64,000 nt of DNA from Dehalococcoidia bacterium (GTDB lineage: Bacteria > Chloroflexota > Dehalococcoidia > DSTF01 > WHTK01): contig CBDDBP010000004.1 of assembly GCA_965225815.1 (NCBI GenBank), positions 85,074-149,073 of the forward strand, written 5' to 3'. Positions 38,375-48,443 of this stretch are shown here, piece by piece. Position 1 is the stretch's first letter, and the number at the start of each line of letters is the position of its first letter. A program made the position numbers and the translations under genes. The notes beneath the pieces were generated by a model. The model was not told the origin of the DNA. It did not search any database and was given only the letters and a program-made list of their open reading frames with translations.

Positions 38375-39772
38375 GTGAAGGTAACAACAGAAGAACTTCC
38401 AGAGCGCCAGGTCAAGCTGCAGATCGAAGTCGACGACGAACGCCACAACAAAGCCATAGAGGCGGCTTACAAGAAGCTAGCTCCTAAAGTGCAGATCGCG
38501 GGTTTTCGCGCCGGCAAAGCGCCGCGGAAGTTGATCGAAAAGGAGCTGGGACGTCATCGTCTGCTCGATGAGGCGATGGATATGGTCGTTCCGGAAGCCT
38601 ACGTTGAGGCACTCGAAGAGGCGGCCATCACGCCGGTAGCTCAACCCTCAGTAGAGTTGGTCAGCCATGAGCCGCTGGTCTTCACGGCCACCGTGCCGCT
38701 CCAGCCCGTCGTCGAGCTTGAGGACTACGCGACGATTCGCGTGCCACGTGAAGACGTCAAGATCGACGACAATCAAGTCGAAGAGGCGCTTACCGAACTT
38801 CAGCATCGCAATGCGGTGATTGAGCCCGTCGAACGCAAGGCCAAGAAAGACGACGTCCTTAGCGGCAGCGTCTCCGCCCGCGCCGATGACATGAGCATCT
38901 TTTCCGCCGACGACATTGAGTTTCGTGTCACAGAAGAATCATTGAAGTCCCTTCCCGGCTTCATCGGCGTTGTTACCGGACTCAAGAAGGGTGACGAGGT
39001 CACCAAGACCCTGAAAGCGCCAGCCGACCACGAGGACGAGAACGTCGCCGGTAAAACGATGACCTACGTGGTCAAAATCTCCGAGGTCAAAGAAGAAACG
39101 CTGCCGGTTCTGGATGACGAATTTGCCAAGACCATCGGCGAAGGCCACGAGACGCTTCTTGCGTTGCGTGCCCAGATTCGTGAGGACATTGAGAAGGCCG
39201 AGAACGAGAGTGCCCTTCGAGCCTATGAGGCCCTGACCGTCGACGCACTGGTCGAGCAGGCGAAGATCGAGTACGCACCTCAGATGCTCGAGCATGAAAT
39301 TGACCATCTGCTTCAGGACCAGGCGAACCTCGATCCACGCGATCCGCGCGCTCAATTGCTGTACCTGCAACGCATGAGCAAGAGCGAGGAAGAAGTCCGC
39401 GAGACCGTGCGCGAAGAAGCTCTCTTGAGATTGAAGCGCTCACTTGTATTGAGTCACTTCGCTGAAGCCGAGAATATCTCTGTAGAGGATTCCGATATCG
39501 AGGCAGAGATAGACGCAATGGCGAGCACTGCCGCAGGGCAGGCCGATATGCTTCGTCAGCTACTTTCTGGCGAAGACGCACGCGAATCATTGGCACGGAC
39601 GCTACACACAAAGAAGACGTTGGGCCGGTTGGTAGAGATTACCGGCCAGGACGGCGGAAAGGCTCCGGCTAAGAAAAAGGCACGGGCCACGGCGAAGAAG
39701 CCAGCATCGAAGCCCAGGCGGGCTGCGAGCAAGGCAGGTACGCCGGAGGCAGAGACTCAGGAGAAGGCATGA
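38375..39772 (+). CDS. tig: Trigger factor
   Basis: 465 aa with an N-terminal ribosome-binding domain and an FKBP-like PPIase core. It has a Lys/Ala-rich C-terminal tail. It lies upstream of clpP-clpX. Confidence 0.9.
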   Translation: MKVTTEELPERQVKLQIEVDDERHNKAIEAAYKKLAPKVQIAGFRAGKAPRKLIEKELGRHRLLDEAMDMVVPEAYVEALEEAAITPVAQPSVELVSHEPLVFTATVPLQPVVELEDYATIRVPREDVKIDDNQVEEALTELQHRNAVIEPVERKAKKDDVLSGSVSARADDMSIFSADDIEFRVTEESLKSLPGFIGVVTGLKKGDEVTKTLKAPADHEDENVAGKTMTYVVKISEVKEETLPVLDDEFAKTIGEGHETLLALRAQIREDIEKAENESALRAYEALTVDALVEQAKIEYAPQMLEHEIDHLLQDQANLDPRDPRAQLLYLQRMSKSEEEVRETVREEALLRLKRSLVLSHFAEAENISVEDSDIEAEIDAMASTAAGQADMLRQLLSGEDARESLARTLHTKKTLGRLVEITGQDGGKAPAKKKARATAKKPASKPRRAASKAGTPEAETQEKA

Positions 39773-40380
39773 ACGACCCGTTGCGAGCCATTGTCCCCGC
39801 CGTGGTGGAAACGACACCACGTGGCGAGCGCGTCTACGACATCTACTCGATGCTCCTCAAGGAGCGGATCATTTTCCTCGGCTCACCGATCGATGATCAG
39901 GTTGCTAACAGTATCATCGCGCAGCTCCTGCACCTTGAGCGCGAAGATCCGGAACGCGACATATCCTTCTACATCAACTCGCCCGGTGGTTCGGTCCATG
40001 CTGGCCTCGCGATCTACGACGCCATGCAGCTCAACCGTTGCGATGTCTCGACGTACTGCGTCGGGATTTGCGCGAGCATGGCTACCGTTTTGCTGAGTTC
40101 GGGTACGCCGGCCAAGCGTTTCGCAATGCCCCGCTCAACCATTCATATGCACCAAGTCATGAGTGGCGCCCGCGGCCAGGCATCCGATATTGAGATCGAG
40201 GCACGAGAGACTCTCCGCCTCAACGATCTGCTGCGAAACATCCTCGCGACGAACACTGGACAAGACCCGGAGCGAATTCGTCGCGATTTCGACCGAAACT
40301 TCTATATGGATGCACAACAAGCAAAAGAATACGGGATGATTGACGAGATCCTCTCAAGGGCAAGTGAGAGCGGAGGCTAA
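39769..40380 (+). CDS. clpP: ATP-dependent Clp protease proteolytic subunit
   Basis: 203 aa with [19 protein letters not shown]...INSPGGSV, containing the Ser-His-Asp triad region. Confidence 0.95.
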   Translation: MNDPLRAIVPAVVETTPRGERVYDIYSMLLKERIIFLGSPIDDQVANSIIAQLLHLEREDPERDISFYINSPGGSVHAGLAIYDAMQLNRCDVSTYCVGICASMATVLLSSGTPAKRFAMPRSTIHMHQVMSGARGQASDIEIEARETLRLNDLLRNILATNTGQDPERIRRDFDRNFYMDAQQAKEYGMIDEILSRASESGG

Positions 40381-41691
40381 ATGGCAACCACTAAGGGAAG
40401 CCGCCTGCAATACCAGTGCTCGTTTTGCGCCAAGAGTCAGGATCAGGTTAAGAAACTGATCGCGGGACCTGGCGCCGTCTACATATGCGACGAGTGCGTA
40501 GAGCTGTGCCGTGAAATCATCGAGGAAGAAGGCGGGCCCGCGAAAGCTGCCGCGGCCGAGAAGGTTCCGCCGCCACGCGCCCTCCACGAGCAGCTCAGCG
40601 AATACGTTATTGGGCAAGAGCAGGCAAAGAAGATTCTTTCGGTTGCCGTCTACAACCACTACAAGCGTGTCAACGCAAACGCCTCTGGCAGCGACACTGA
40701 AGTAGAGCTCGAGAAAAGCAACATCTTGCTCGTCGGACCCACTGGCGTTGGTAAAACACACCTTGCTCGCACGCTGGCGAAGATACTCGACGTGCCCTTC
40801 ACCATCGCTGACGCCACAGCCCTTACCGAGGCAGGCTATGTTGGCGAGGACGTAGAAAACATCCTGCTGCATCTGATTCAGGCCGCGGACCTCGACGTTG
40901 CTCGAGCCGAACGCGGCATCGTCTACATTGACGAGATCGACAAGATCTCGCGCAAGTCGGATAACCCCTCCATTACGCGGGACGTGTCTGGCGAAGGCGT
41001 ACAGCAAGCCCTCCTCAAAATCATCGAAGGCACAGTGGCGAACGTTCCACCGCAAGGCGGACGCAAACATCCGCATCAGGAGTTCATTCAGATAAACACC
41101 CAGAACATCCTGTTTATCTGCGGTGGCGCCTTCGAGGGAATCGATTCCGTCATCGAGAAACGGCTAGGACGCGATCGGCGTGGTCTGGGCTTCACCGCCA
41201 ACCTCGACCGCAAGTCCGGGCAGGAGCGCATCGATGAGCTGATGAAGCACGTCGAACACGACGACCTCCTGGCTTACGGCCTCATCCCGGAGTTCGTCGG
41301 GCGTCTCCCGTTGGTTGTCGGGCTCGAATCACTCAGCAAAGAAACCCTGATTCGGATCCTGCAGGAGCCAAAGAACGCCGTCATGCGGCAGTTCCAGCGT
41401 TTCTTCTCCCTCGACGACGTCGATCTGGTGTTCACGCCTGATGCCCTCGAATGCATTGCAGATGAGGCCCTCCACCACAAGACCGGCGCCCGCGGGCTCC
41501 GTACCGTGCTGGAGGACACTCTGCTCGATGTGATGTACGAGGTGCCATCTCGTGGCGATGTACAGAAATGTATCGTCAGCGCTGAGACGATTCGAATGCG
41601 CCAGCGGCCGCTATTGGTCACCGCAAGCGGTCAGGAAATCGCCCCTGAAGACGTCATGGCCTTCGAGAGCCTCAAGAACGCCTCGGCGTAA
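40381..41691 (+). CDS. clpX: ATP-dependent Clp protease ATP-binding subunit ClpX
   Basis: 436 aa with the zinc ribbon [28 protein letters not shown] and the Walker A motif GPTGVGKT. Confidence 0.95.
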   Translation: MATTKGSRLQYQCSFCAKSQDQVKKLIAGPGAVYICDECVELCREIIEEEGGPAKAAAAEKVPPPRALHEQLSEYVIGQEQAKKILSVAVYNHYKRVNANASGSDTEVELEKSNILLVGPTGVGKTHLARTLAKILDVPFTIADATALTEAGYVGEDVENILLHLIQAADLDVARAERGIVYIDEIDKISRKSDNPSITRDVSGEGVQQALLKIIEGTVANVPPQGGRKHPHQEFIQINTQNILFICGGAFEGIDSVIEKRLGRDRRGLGFTANLDRKSGQERIDELMKHVEHDDLLAYGLIPEFVGRLPLVVGLESLSKETLIRILQEPKNAVMRQFQRFFSLDDVDLVFTPDALECIADEALHHKTGARGLRTVLEDTLLDVMYEVPSRGDVQKCIVSAETIRMRQRPLLVTASGQEIAPEDVMAFESLKNASA

Positions 41692-41722
41692 ATAGCGGCC
41701 TTCAATGAGCACGAAAAGGAGC

Positions 41723-41762
41723 CGGGGTTGTCCCGGCTCCTTTTCCTTTCTCCCCTGCAATC
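41723..41762 (+). terminator. Rho-independent terminator after clpX
   Basis: GGAGCCGGGGTTGTCCCGGCTCC is a 9-bp stem. TTTTCCTTTCT follows it. Confidence 0.7.
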
Positions 41763-41786
41763 GAACGGCGTATTCTTGGAGACGCT

Positions 41787-43010
41787 ATGAGCCTGGAGAT
41801 TCGCGCCCTCAAGCTTGACGACCTCGAAGCCGCGTTGTTGGTCGACGCCCATGCTTTCGGCATGGCGCGACGTCACGACATTGAACCCGTAGTCGAGAGT
41901 GCCAGGAATCGCTTCGACACTGATTCGTACCTCGGCGTGTTTGAGGACGGGGAACTGACGTCAATGATGCGCACGGTGCCGGTTCAGATGTACCTCAACG
42001 GAGGATTGCTGAGTCTGGGCGCCGTGAGCCCCGTAGCGAATTCACCGTTACATCGGCGCAAGGGACACACCGGAGCCATGCTCAAGCACTCACTGCAACA
42101 GATGCATGACGAAGGCCTCGTCCTATCCGGTCTCTACACGCCTCATCCGAGTTTCTACCGCCGTTACGGTTGGGAGGTGGCCTCCGAATGGCGCAACATC
42201 AGCTTCAAGCCGAAGGACTTCGGCCTAACCGTCGAAGCGTCTCAGCGGGGTCGCTTTCGCTTTCTTCAGCCCGAGAACTGGAAACAAATGGAGCCTGTAT
42301 ACCAGGCATACGCCACACTCGGAAACGGACCCTTCAATCGGTCCGAATCCTGGTGGCGCTCCTATGTCACCGAAGTGCCGTGGCGCCAGGGAACCGACGT
42401 AGTCCTCTGGCAGAGCGATGCGGGCTTGGCCGAAGGCTACGCTATATACGAGCAGCCAAGTACCCCGGGTTTCGAGTACCCGGTCACAGACGTTCGAGTT
42501 CGTGAGCTTGTTGCTGCCTCCCGAGATGCCTATCTAAATCTGCTTGCCTACTTCGGCCGCCACGACATTCACAATGAGGTTTCAATCGCTGTGGCGCCCC
42601 ATGATCCCGTATTCGCGTTGTTTGCCGACTCCGAGAAGCTCCAGACACAACAAGGTCCGGCTGTATTGCTTCGCATCATTGATTTCGAGGCCGCCATGGT
42701 GAGTCGAACTCCTGCCCTCATGGATGACGAAGCTGAGCTAACGCTGCGACTGATCGACGACACAGCTCCCTGGAATGACGGGACCTGGCGAATTGGCATC
42801 ACCAAGGGACGCACTCAAGTCGCACGCACCGTGGCCGAGCCGGGGGTCACAACTCACGCGCGTGGGTTGGCGTCACTTTTCAACGGTTACATTTCCCCGT
42901 GGGTCGCGGCGTCAACCGGCCTCATCGAAGCAACGAACGAGGACGCCATCCTTCGGGCTGGGCGCGTCTTCGCGGTGCGTTGCCCGCCCTACTTCACGGA
43001 CCATTTCTAA
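41787..43010 (+). CDS. Eis-like GNAT N-acetyltransferase (GNAT plus a C-terminal SCP2-like domain)
   Basis: 407 aa with an architecture like the enhanced-intracellular-survival/aminoglycoside acetyltransferase family. Confidence 0.65.
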   Translation: MSLEIRALKLDDLEAALLVDAHAFGMARRHDIEPVVESARNRFDTDSYLGVFEDGELTSMMRTVPVQMYLNGGLLSLGAVSPVANSPLHRRKGHTGAMLKHSLQQMHDEGLVLSGLYTPHPSFYRRYGWEVASEWRNISFKPKDFGLTVEASQRGRFRFLQPENWKQMEPVYQAYATLGNGPFNRSESWWRSYVTEVPWRQGTDVVLWQSDAGLAEGYAIYEQPSTPGFEYPVTDVRVRELVAASRDAYLNLLAYFGRHDIHNEVSIAVAPHDPVFALFADSEKLQTQQGPAVLLRIIDFEAAMVSRTPALMDDEAELTLRLIDDTAPWNDGTWRIGITKGRTQVARTVAEPGVTTHARGLASLFNGYISPWVAASTGLIEATNEDAILRAGRVFAVRCPPYFTDHF

Positions 43011-43340
43011 GCGCTGGGCGCCTCTACTGACGTCATGTCCCGCCGCTCGCAACAGCTGCGCCATGTGATCGCTCGCGTGCCGCGATGCCAGCTTCAGCCA
43101 GTCGTTTAGCCCAACGCCTCGAGTAGCTCGACTTTCGCTGCAACAAGGGACTCAACCAGCACAGGCGAAGTCTTGAGCGGGCGGTCGTAGTGGAAGCGCC
43201 ACATAAACTCCGATTCAACCGCCCAGCCTGGCTCTGCCGGTCAAGATCGGTCATCGAGAGGGACGCAACAGCCTCACGCACAGCGCGAACCGCATCTTGA
43301 TAAAGCGCGAGCAATCGGACGCACTGCTCGAGACCCAAGG

Positions 43341-43640
43341 CTACCGGGTCTTGTTGTACTCGTAATCCTCGCGTGAAGGCGGCCCGCCTGCCCTCAGTTC
43401 GTCCATCGCCGGATTCGCCGGCCGGCTCGCGTTCACCCCGGCATGGACATCGAGCGCCGCCTGATCGGCCCACAGCTCCAGCAGACAAAGGTTGTCCGGG
43501 TCATTTCCACTCTGGAATATTTCAAACTGCTGACATCCGGGCTCACTCCGAACCTCGACACAGCGCTGCTCCTGTGCCTTCAGAAGCTCGTTACCTCGCC
43601 CCGGCGCTGCTTTTATGTTTATGACAAGTCGGACTGACAT
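43341..43640 (-). CDS. Antibiotic biosynthesis monooxygenase (ABM) domain protein
   Basis: 99 aa, a single ferredoxin-like ABM fold (IKAAPGRGNELL...ELWADQAALDVH). Confidence 0.55.
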   Translation of the reverse strand: MSVRLVINIKAAPGRGNELLKAQEQRCVEVRSEPGCQQFEIFQSGNDPDNLCLLELWADQAALDVHAGVNASRPANPAMDELRAGGPPSREDYEYNKTR

Positions 43641-43664
43641 TCTGTGATCCTCCTTCTCGATAAG

Positions 43665-44150
43665 TTAGCTTTGAGCCAGCCCAATGGCAATTGCCGTTCT
43701 CTCACTTGTAGCGGCCCAATCATCACCGATCAGGACGTGGTGCTGAGCGCCCTCCGGACTAAGACTTACCTGGGACATGATCCCGAGCGGCTTTCCGTCC
43801 GGATCGTTGAAGAACGCCATCCACTCCTCGATCCCATCAGGGTGCTTGAAAATCATGTGGGGCGGATGCGTGATCGACACGCTGCGGTTCGCTAACTGTT
43901 GCTGGGCCGCCTTGATGTCCGGCACACGGAAATACAGGACAGAATCGTTTTGCAATCCGAGGCTTCAATTTGCGATCACTCCTCAATTAGGAGCCGCGTG
44001 CCAGCGCAGTCGAAGAATGCCAGCTTGCCGTACGTGTAAAGGTGGGCCAAGCCCAACACGTCTCGATACCAGCTTTCAGCCTTTGCAATGTCCTTGACCG
44101 CTCTGGCAACCTGACCCAACGGGCCGAGTTTTACTTCGTCCTCATCGTGA
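43665..44150 (-). pseudogene. VOC (glyoxalase/bleomycin-resistance) family gene remnants. The N-terminal module (ends in TGA, no usable start) and the C-terminal module (ORF 43665..43955, TTG start) are in different frames.
   Basis: The minus-strand frame reads ...VKLGPLGQVARAVKDIAKAESWYRDVLGLAHLYTYGKLAFFDCAGTRLLIEE* (first beta-alpha-beta-beta-beta module). It is followed out of frame by QNDSVLYFRVPDIKAAQQQL...FFNDPDGKPLGIM (second module). No single indel reconnects them. Confidence 0.35.
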
Positions 44151-44308
44151 CTTCCTTTCTTTGCTATCGATCATAGGGCAGCCCAACACACGTCCAGCCG
44201 TCGCTAGCCAACACTGCGGGCGCCATCATGCGCCGGACGCGTTGACACCCAATGCCGACACAGCGATGATCCGCTTTGTCCCGCGTTTCAGACTTGAGGA
44301 GCATTCCT

Positions 44309-45379
44309 GTGCCAGACTTCGTCAGCAACGAGGAGATCGTGCTCGCTGCACGGAACAAGCTGCAGCAAGGCGCCTGGGACTACCTGGTTGGCGGCTCCGA
44401 GTCTGAAACCACGTTGCGCCGCAACCGCCTGGCCTTCGACCGCTGGGGGTTCAGGCCTCGCATCCTCGTAGACGTTTCCGAGATAGATACTTCCATTACC
44501 TTCCTTGGCGAGAAGATGCGCATTCCTGCCATGCTCGCACCCGTTGGCTCGCTTCAGACATTCACGCCGGAAGGCGGCGTGGCGGCCGCGAAGACCGCGG
44601 CTGAGTTCGGCACCATGCACTGCGTCAGCTCGGTGACCGAGCCCTCGTGGGAAGAAACCGCCGCCGCAGGCACAAAGTTCTTCCAGCTTTACGTCCATGG
44701 CGACGAGGACTGGACTCGAGATGCCGTTCAACGCATCAAAGCGGCTGGGTACAAGGCACTCGCCATCACCGTCGATACGGCGATATACAGCCGTCGTGAG
44801 CGGCCTATGGTGAGCGGTTGGACGCCGCCAACGCGACGCGCCGCCGACGGTCGCAGCTTTCTCTCCCAGCTCACGTGGCGGAAGCTCGACGTAATCAAAG
44901 AGGCCTGGGGAGACCTGCCTCTCATGGTCAAAGGCGTCATGACCGTCGAGGACGCGCAGCTCTGCATCGAGCACGGCGTCGAGGTTATCTGGGTCTCCAA
45001 CCACGGCGGGCGCCAGCTCGACCACGGGCTCGGCAGCATGGACGTATTACCTGAGATCGTCCAGGCAGTCGCCGGCAAGGCCGACGTGATCCTCGACGGC
45101 GCCGTCCAGCGCGGCGCCGATATCGTCAAGGCAGTCGCTCTGGGGGCGAAATGCGTTGCACTCGGCCGACTCCAGGCTTGGGGTCTCGCCGCCGATGGGC
45201 AGGCGGGCTGCACGCGCATGCTGGAGATCATCGAGGACGAGATCATCTCGGCGATGGGCCTCATGGGCGTCACCAGCCTCGACCAGCTCAGTGAACGCTA
45301 CGTGTGCCGAGCCGAGCCTGTCATCCCACCTCACGAGATGAGCCTGTGGACCAATATGCCCGGTTACCGTATTCAGTAA
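44309..45379 (+). CDS. FMN-dependent alpha-hydroxy acid dehydrogenase/oxidase (L-lactate/glycolate oxidase family)
   Basis: It has the TIM-barrel FMN_dh motifs (GAWDYLVGGSESETTLRRN; SNHGGRQLD). The start was placed at the GTG at 44309 after a GAGGAG SD, by N-terminal length comparison with LldD. The ORF-track ATG is 44276. Confidence 0.75.
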   Translation: MPDFVSNEEIVLAARNKLQQGAWDYLVGGSESETTLRRNRLAFDRWGFRPRILVDVSEIDTSITFLGEKMRIPAMLAPVGSLQTFTPEGGVAAAKTAAEFGTMHCVSSVTEPSWEETAAAGTKFFQLYVHGDEDWTRDAVQRIKAAGYKALAITVDTAIYSRRERPMVSGWTPPTRRAADGRSFLSQLTWRKLDVIKEAWGDLPLMVKGVMTVEDAQLCIEHGVEVIWVSNHGGRQLDHGLGSMDVLPEIVQAVAGKADVILDGAVQRGADIVKAVALGAKCVALGRLQAWGLAADGQAGCTRMLEIIEDEIISAMGLMGVTSLDQLSERYVCRAEPVIPPHEMSLWTNMPGYRIQ

Positions 45380-45402
45380 CGATCCGTGGAGGGTAGCCCT
45401 GG

Positions 45403-46551
45403 ATGAACCAGTACTCGAGGACCGTGGCGATCGTTGGCGCGGCGGAGTCCGACGAAATCGGCAATGTACCAGACAAGTCACCTCTGCAGCACCATGCCGA
45501 GGCCGCTCACAACGCCCTCGCTGACGCTGGCCTCTCCATAGGCGACGTCGACGGGTTGTTCACGGCGGGCTACTCAACGCTCGCGTTGGGTGAGTACATT
45601 GGCGTCCGGCCGAAGTACACGGACAGCACCGCCGTCGGTGGTTCGTCCTTCGTTATCCACCTGGCGCATGCCGTAGCGGCGATCAACGCAGGCTATTGCG
45701 ACGTTGCATTGGTGACCCACGGCGAGGCCGGACGCAGCGGCCGCGAGCGCGGCGCTGCGGGACTCGGTGGCGCCGGCCTGGCAGGCCCCCAGTTCGAAGC
45801 GCCTTACGGCATCATCGGCCCGCCTGTCAGCTACGCCATGGCCTGCTCGAACTACATGAGTCGATACGGCGAGGATCGAACGCGTCAGGCGCTTTCGGAA
45901 ATTGCGGTGTCGTCGCGCAAATGGGCCCTGATGAACCCCAAGGCATACATGAAGGAACCCCTCTCGTTCGAGGACTACCATGCGTCACGCTGGATCGCCT
46001 GGCCCTTTCTTCTTCTCGATTGCTGTCTCGTAACGGATGCTGGAGGCGCCGTGGTCCTGACGCGCGCCGACCGCGCTCGCGACCTGCCTAAGAAGCCCGT
46101 CTACATCCTCGGCGCCGCCGAACACCACGACCATTCAATGATCAGTCAGATGCCTGACCTCACGGTTACGCCGGCGCACAGTAGCGGTCCTCGCGCTCTT
46201 GAGATGGCCGGGCTCAAGCACAGCGACATCGACCTGACCATGATCTACGACTCCTTTACCTACACCGTGCTGATCACACTCGAGAGCCTCGGCTATTGCG
46301 GCCCCGGCGAAGGCCCTGACTTCGTCGCCAAGCAGCGCACGGCGCCCGGCGGCGACTTCGCCCTGAACACGAGTGGCGGCGGCCTCTCCTACACGCACCC
46401 TGGCATGTACGGCATGTTCCTCACAATCGAAGCGGTGCGTCAGCTACGCGGTGAATGTGGTGAACGCAACGTCAACCCCCAGATCGCCTTGGTCAACGGC
46501 ACCGGCGGCGTGCTTTCATCAACCGGCACCGCAGTGCTCGCAGTGGACTAG
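45403..46551 (+). CDS. Thiolase-like protein (SCP-x/nonspecific lipid-transfer-type thiolase, DUF35 partner)
   Basis: 382 aa thiolase fold lacking the classical N-terminal Cys motif. It is followed by a DUF35 OB-fold protein. Confidence 0.75.
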   Translation: MNQYSRTVAIVGAAESDEIGNVPDKSPLQHHAEAAHNALADAGLSIGDVDGLFTAGYSTLALGEYIGVRPKYTDSTAVGGSSFVIHLAHAVAAINAGYCDVALVTHGEAGRSGRERGAAGLGGAGLAGPQFEAPYGIIGPPVSYAMACSNYMSRYGEDRTRQALSEIAVSSRKWALMNPKAYMKEPLSFEDYHASRWIAWPFLLLDCCLVTDAGGAVVLTRADRARDLPKKPVYILGAAEHHDHSMISQMPDLTVTPAHSSGPRALEMAGLKHSDIDLTMIYDSFTYTVLITLESLGYCGPGEGPDFVAKQRTAPGGDFALNTSGGGLSYTHPGMYGMFLTIEAVRQLRGECGERNVNPQIALVNGTGGVLSSTGTAVLAVD

Positions 46552-46563
46552 AAGGACCGACCG

Positions 46564-46986
46564 ATGACAACCAATACATATAATCGGCCCCTTCCTCTCT
46601 CCCAACCGGAATGGGACTTCTACTGGGAGAAGACGAAGCAGCACGAGTTATGGATCATGCGCTGCGACGACTGCGCAAAGCATTACTTCTACCCTCGCGC
46701 CATCTGCCCCAACTGCTTTTCTCGCAACACGCGCTGGGCACAATCCTCTGGAAATGGGACGTTGCTCGGCTTCTCGATCGTTCACCGCGGTCCGACACCG
46801 GCATTCGCTGATCACGTTCCCTATATCGCCTGCATCATCGAACTCGAAGACGGCGCCCGGTTCCCCAGCAACCTGGTCGATGTCGAACCGGAACCGGCAA
46901 ATATCCGGGTCGGCATGTCGGTTGAGGTCGTCTTCGACGACGTGACTGAGGCCGTGACATTGCCCAAGTTTCGGCCGGCCCGCTGA
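46564..46986 (+). CDS. Zn-ribbon/OB-fold acyl-CoA-associated protein (DUF35 family)
   Basis: 140 aa with CDDCAKHYFYPRAICPNCFS (rubredoxin-like Zn ribbon) followed by an OB fold. It is the typical partner of SCP-x thiolases. Confidence 0.8.
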   Translation: MTTNTYNRPLPLSQPEWDFYWEKTKQHELWIMRCDDCAKHYFYPRAICPNCFSRNTRWAQSSGNGTLLGFSIVHRGPTPAFADHVPYIACIIELEDGARFPSNLVDVEPEPANIRVGMSVEVVFDDVTEAVTLPKFRPAR

Positions 46987-46988
46987 CG

Positions 46989-47759
46989 ATGCAAAGTCGC
47001 AACAAAGTCGTCACGAGCTTCAAAGAGGCGATCGCAGACATCCAGGACGGTTCGAGCATCCTGATCGGTGGCTTCGGTTCAGGCACGCCCCACAACCTGA
47101 TCAACGCCCTCTTCGAGCAAGGCGCAACCGACCTGACATTGATTCTCAACTCGGCCGGGACGGGCGGTGGCAGCGTCAAGATGGGCAACGTATCCGTCAT
47201 CGACTTTCTGGAGCAGCGCCGCGTCCGGAAGGTCATCATGGCCTTCACCGCTTCGACCCATCCATCCCGAAAGTCCATTATCGAAGAGCTCGAGGAAGCT
47301 GGCGAGATCGAAGCAGAGCTTGTTCCACAGGGGACGCTCGCGGAGCGCATTCGCGCCGGCGGAGCGGGAATCCCGGCGTTCTATACGCCGGCTGCCGTCG
47401 GCACGCAGTTGGCCGAAGGTAAGGAGCATCGCGAATTCAACGGCCGTACTTACCTCATGGAAGAGGCGATAACGGCCGACTACGCCCTCGTTCGCGCCTG
47501 GCGGGCGGACGAATTCGGTAACCTCAACTATAAGGGCTCCGAGCGAAACTTCAACCCGCTCATGGCCACGGCGGCCCGTACCACCGTCGCGGAAGCGGAA
47601 GAAGTCCTGGCTATCGGCGCTTTAGAGCCGGAGCACGTCCACACGTCAGGGATCTTCGTGCAGCGCCTGGTCAAGATTCCGCCCGACGGGATCTTTCACG
47701 TGTCATCGCCGTTTGCTCCTACCTCAAAAGAGAAGCCGGGAGGTACTGGTGGCCGATAA
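46989..47759 (+). CDS. 3-oxoacid CoA-transferase subunit A
   Basis: 256 aa. GGFGSGTPHNLINAL matches the CoA_trans family subunit A. Confidence 0.85.
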   Translation: MQSRNKVVTSFKEAIADIQDGSSILIGGFGSGTPHNLINALFEQGATDLTLILNSAGTGGGSVKMGNVSVIDFLEQRRVRKVIMAFTASTHPSRKSIIEELEEAGEIEAELVPQGTLAERIRAGGAGIPAFYTPAAVGTQLAEGKEHREFNGRTYLMEEAITADYALVRAWRADEFGNLNYKGSERNFNPLMATAARTTVAEAEEVLAIGALEPEHVHTSGIFVQRLVKIPPDGIFHVSSPFAPTSKEKPGGTGGR

Positions 47760-48423
47760 GACCCGCCTTACTCGAGACATGATGGCCGCACGCATCACGG
47801 CTGAGTTTCAGGATGGCTGGATTGCCAATCTCGGCGTCGGCATGCCAACGATGTGCTCCGACTTCTTACCTGCAGAAAAGTTTATCGTCCTGCACTCCGA
47901 AAACGGCCTCGTCGGCTACGGCCGAGCCGCAACCGTGGAAGAGGCCGGTCCCTACGTCGTCAACGCCGGCATCATCCCTGTGCTTCTGCAAGATTACGCG
48001 GCGATCCTGCACCACGCTGATGCCTTTGGTGTCATACGCGGTGGCCGTCTGGACGTCGGCGTCCTGGGCGCCTACGAGGTCGCCGCCAACGGCGACTTTG
48101 CCAACTGGAAGACCGGCGTGGACAAGAAGGGCGGCGGCATCGGTGGCGCAATGGACATCGCCGTATGTGCTCAGCGTATCTTCATTATGATGGAGCACAC
48201 ACTCCGAGACGGACGGCCGCGAATGCTAGAGCAATGCAATCTCCCCGTCACAGCACGAGGCGTTGCAAAGCTCGTGATGACCGACCTGGGCCTCTTTGAG
48301 CCAACCGGCGCCGGCTTCCGCATCCTCGAAATTGCACCGGGTTTCAGTGTCGACGAGGTGGCAGCCCTCACCGGTGCGCCGCTTGAAGCATCTCCAGACC
48401 TTCGAGAGGTCCAACTCAGCTAA
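47749..48423 (+). CDS. 3-oxoacid CoA-transferase subunit B
   Basis: ANLGVGMPT... contains the catalytic Glu region of subunit B. The start was placed at the GTG at 47749 after a GGGAGG SD, overlapping subunit A's stop. Confidence 0.8.
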   Translation: MADKTRLTRDMMAARITAEFQDGWIANLGVGMPTMCSDFLPAEKFIVLHSENGLVGYGRAATVEEAGPYVVNAGIIPVLLQDYAAILHHADAFGVIRGGRLDVGVLGAYEVAANGDFANWKTGVDKKGGGIGGAMDIAVCAQRIFIMMEHTLRDGRPRMLEQCNLPVTARGVAKLVMTDLGLFEPTGAGFRILEIAPGFSVDEVAALTGAPLEASPDLREVQLS

Positions 48424-48443
48424 CAGTTGCCACGAGGATCCGA

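Noticed and set aside
43981-43983. Reading the TGA ending the first VOC module as selenocysteine
   Set aside because: The downstream same-frame sequence is not VOC-like, and there is no CxxU or other Sec context.
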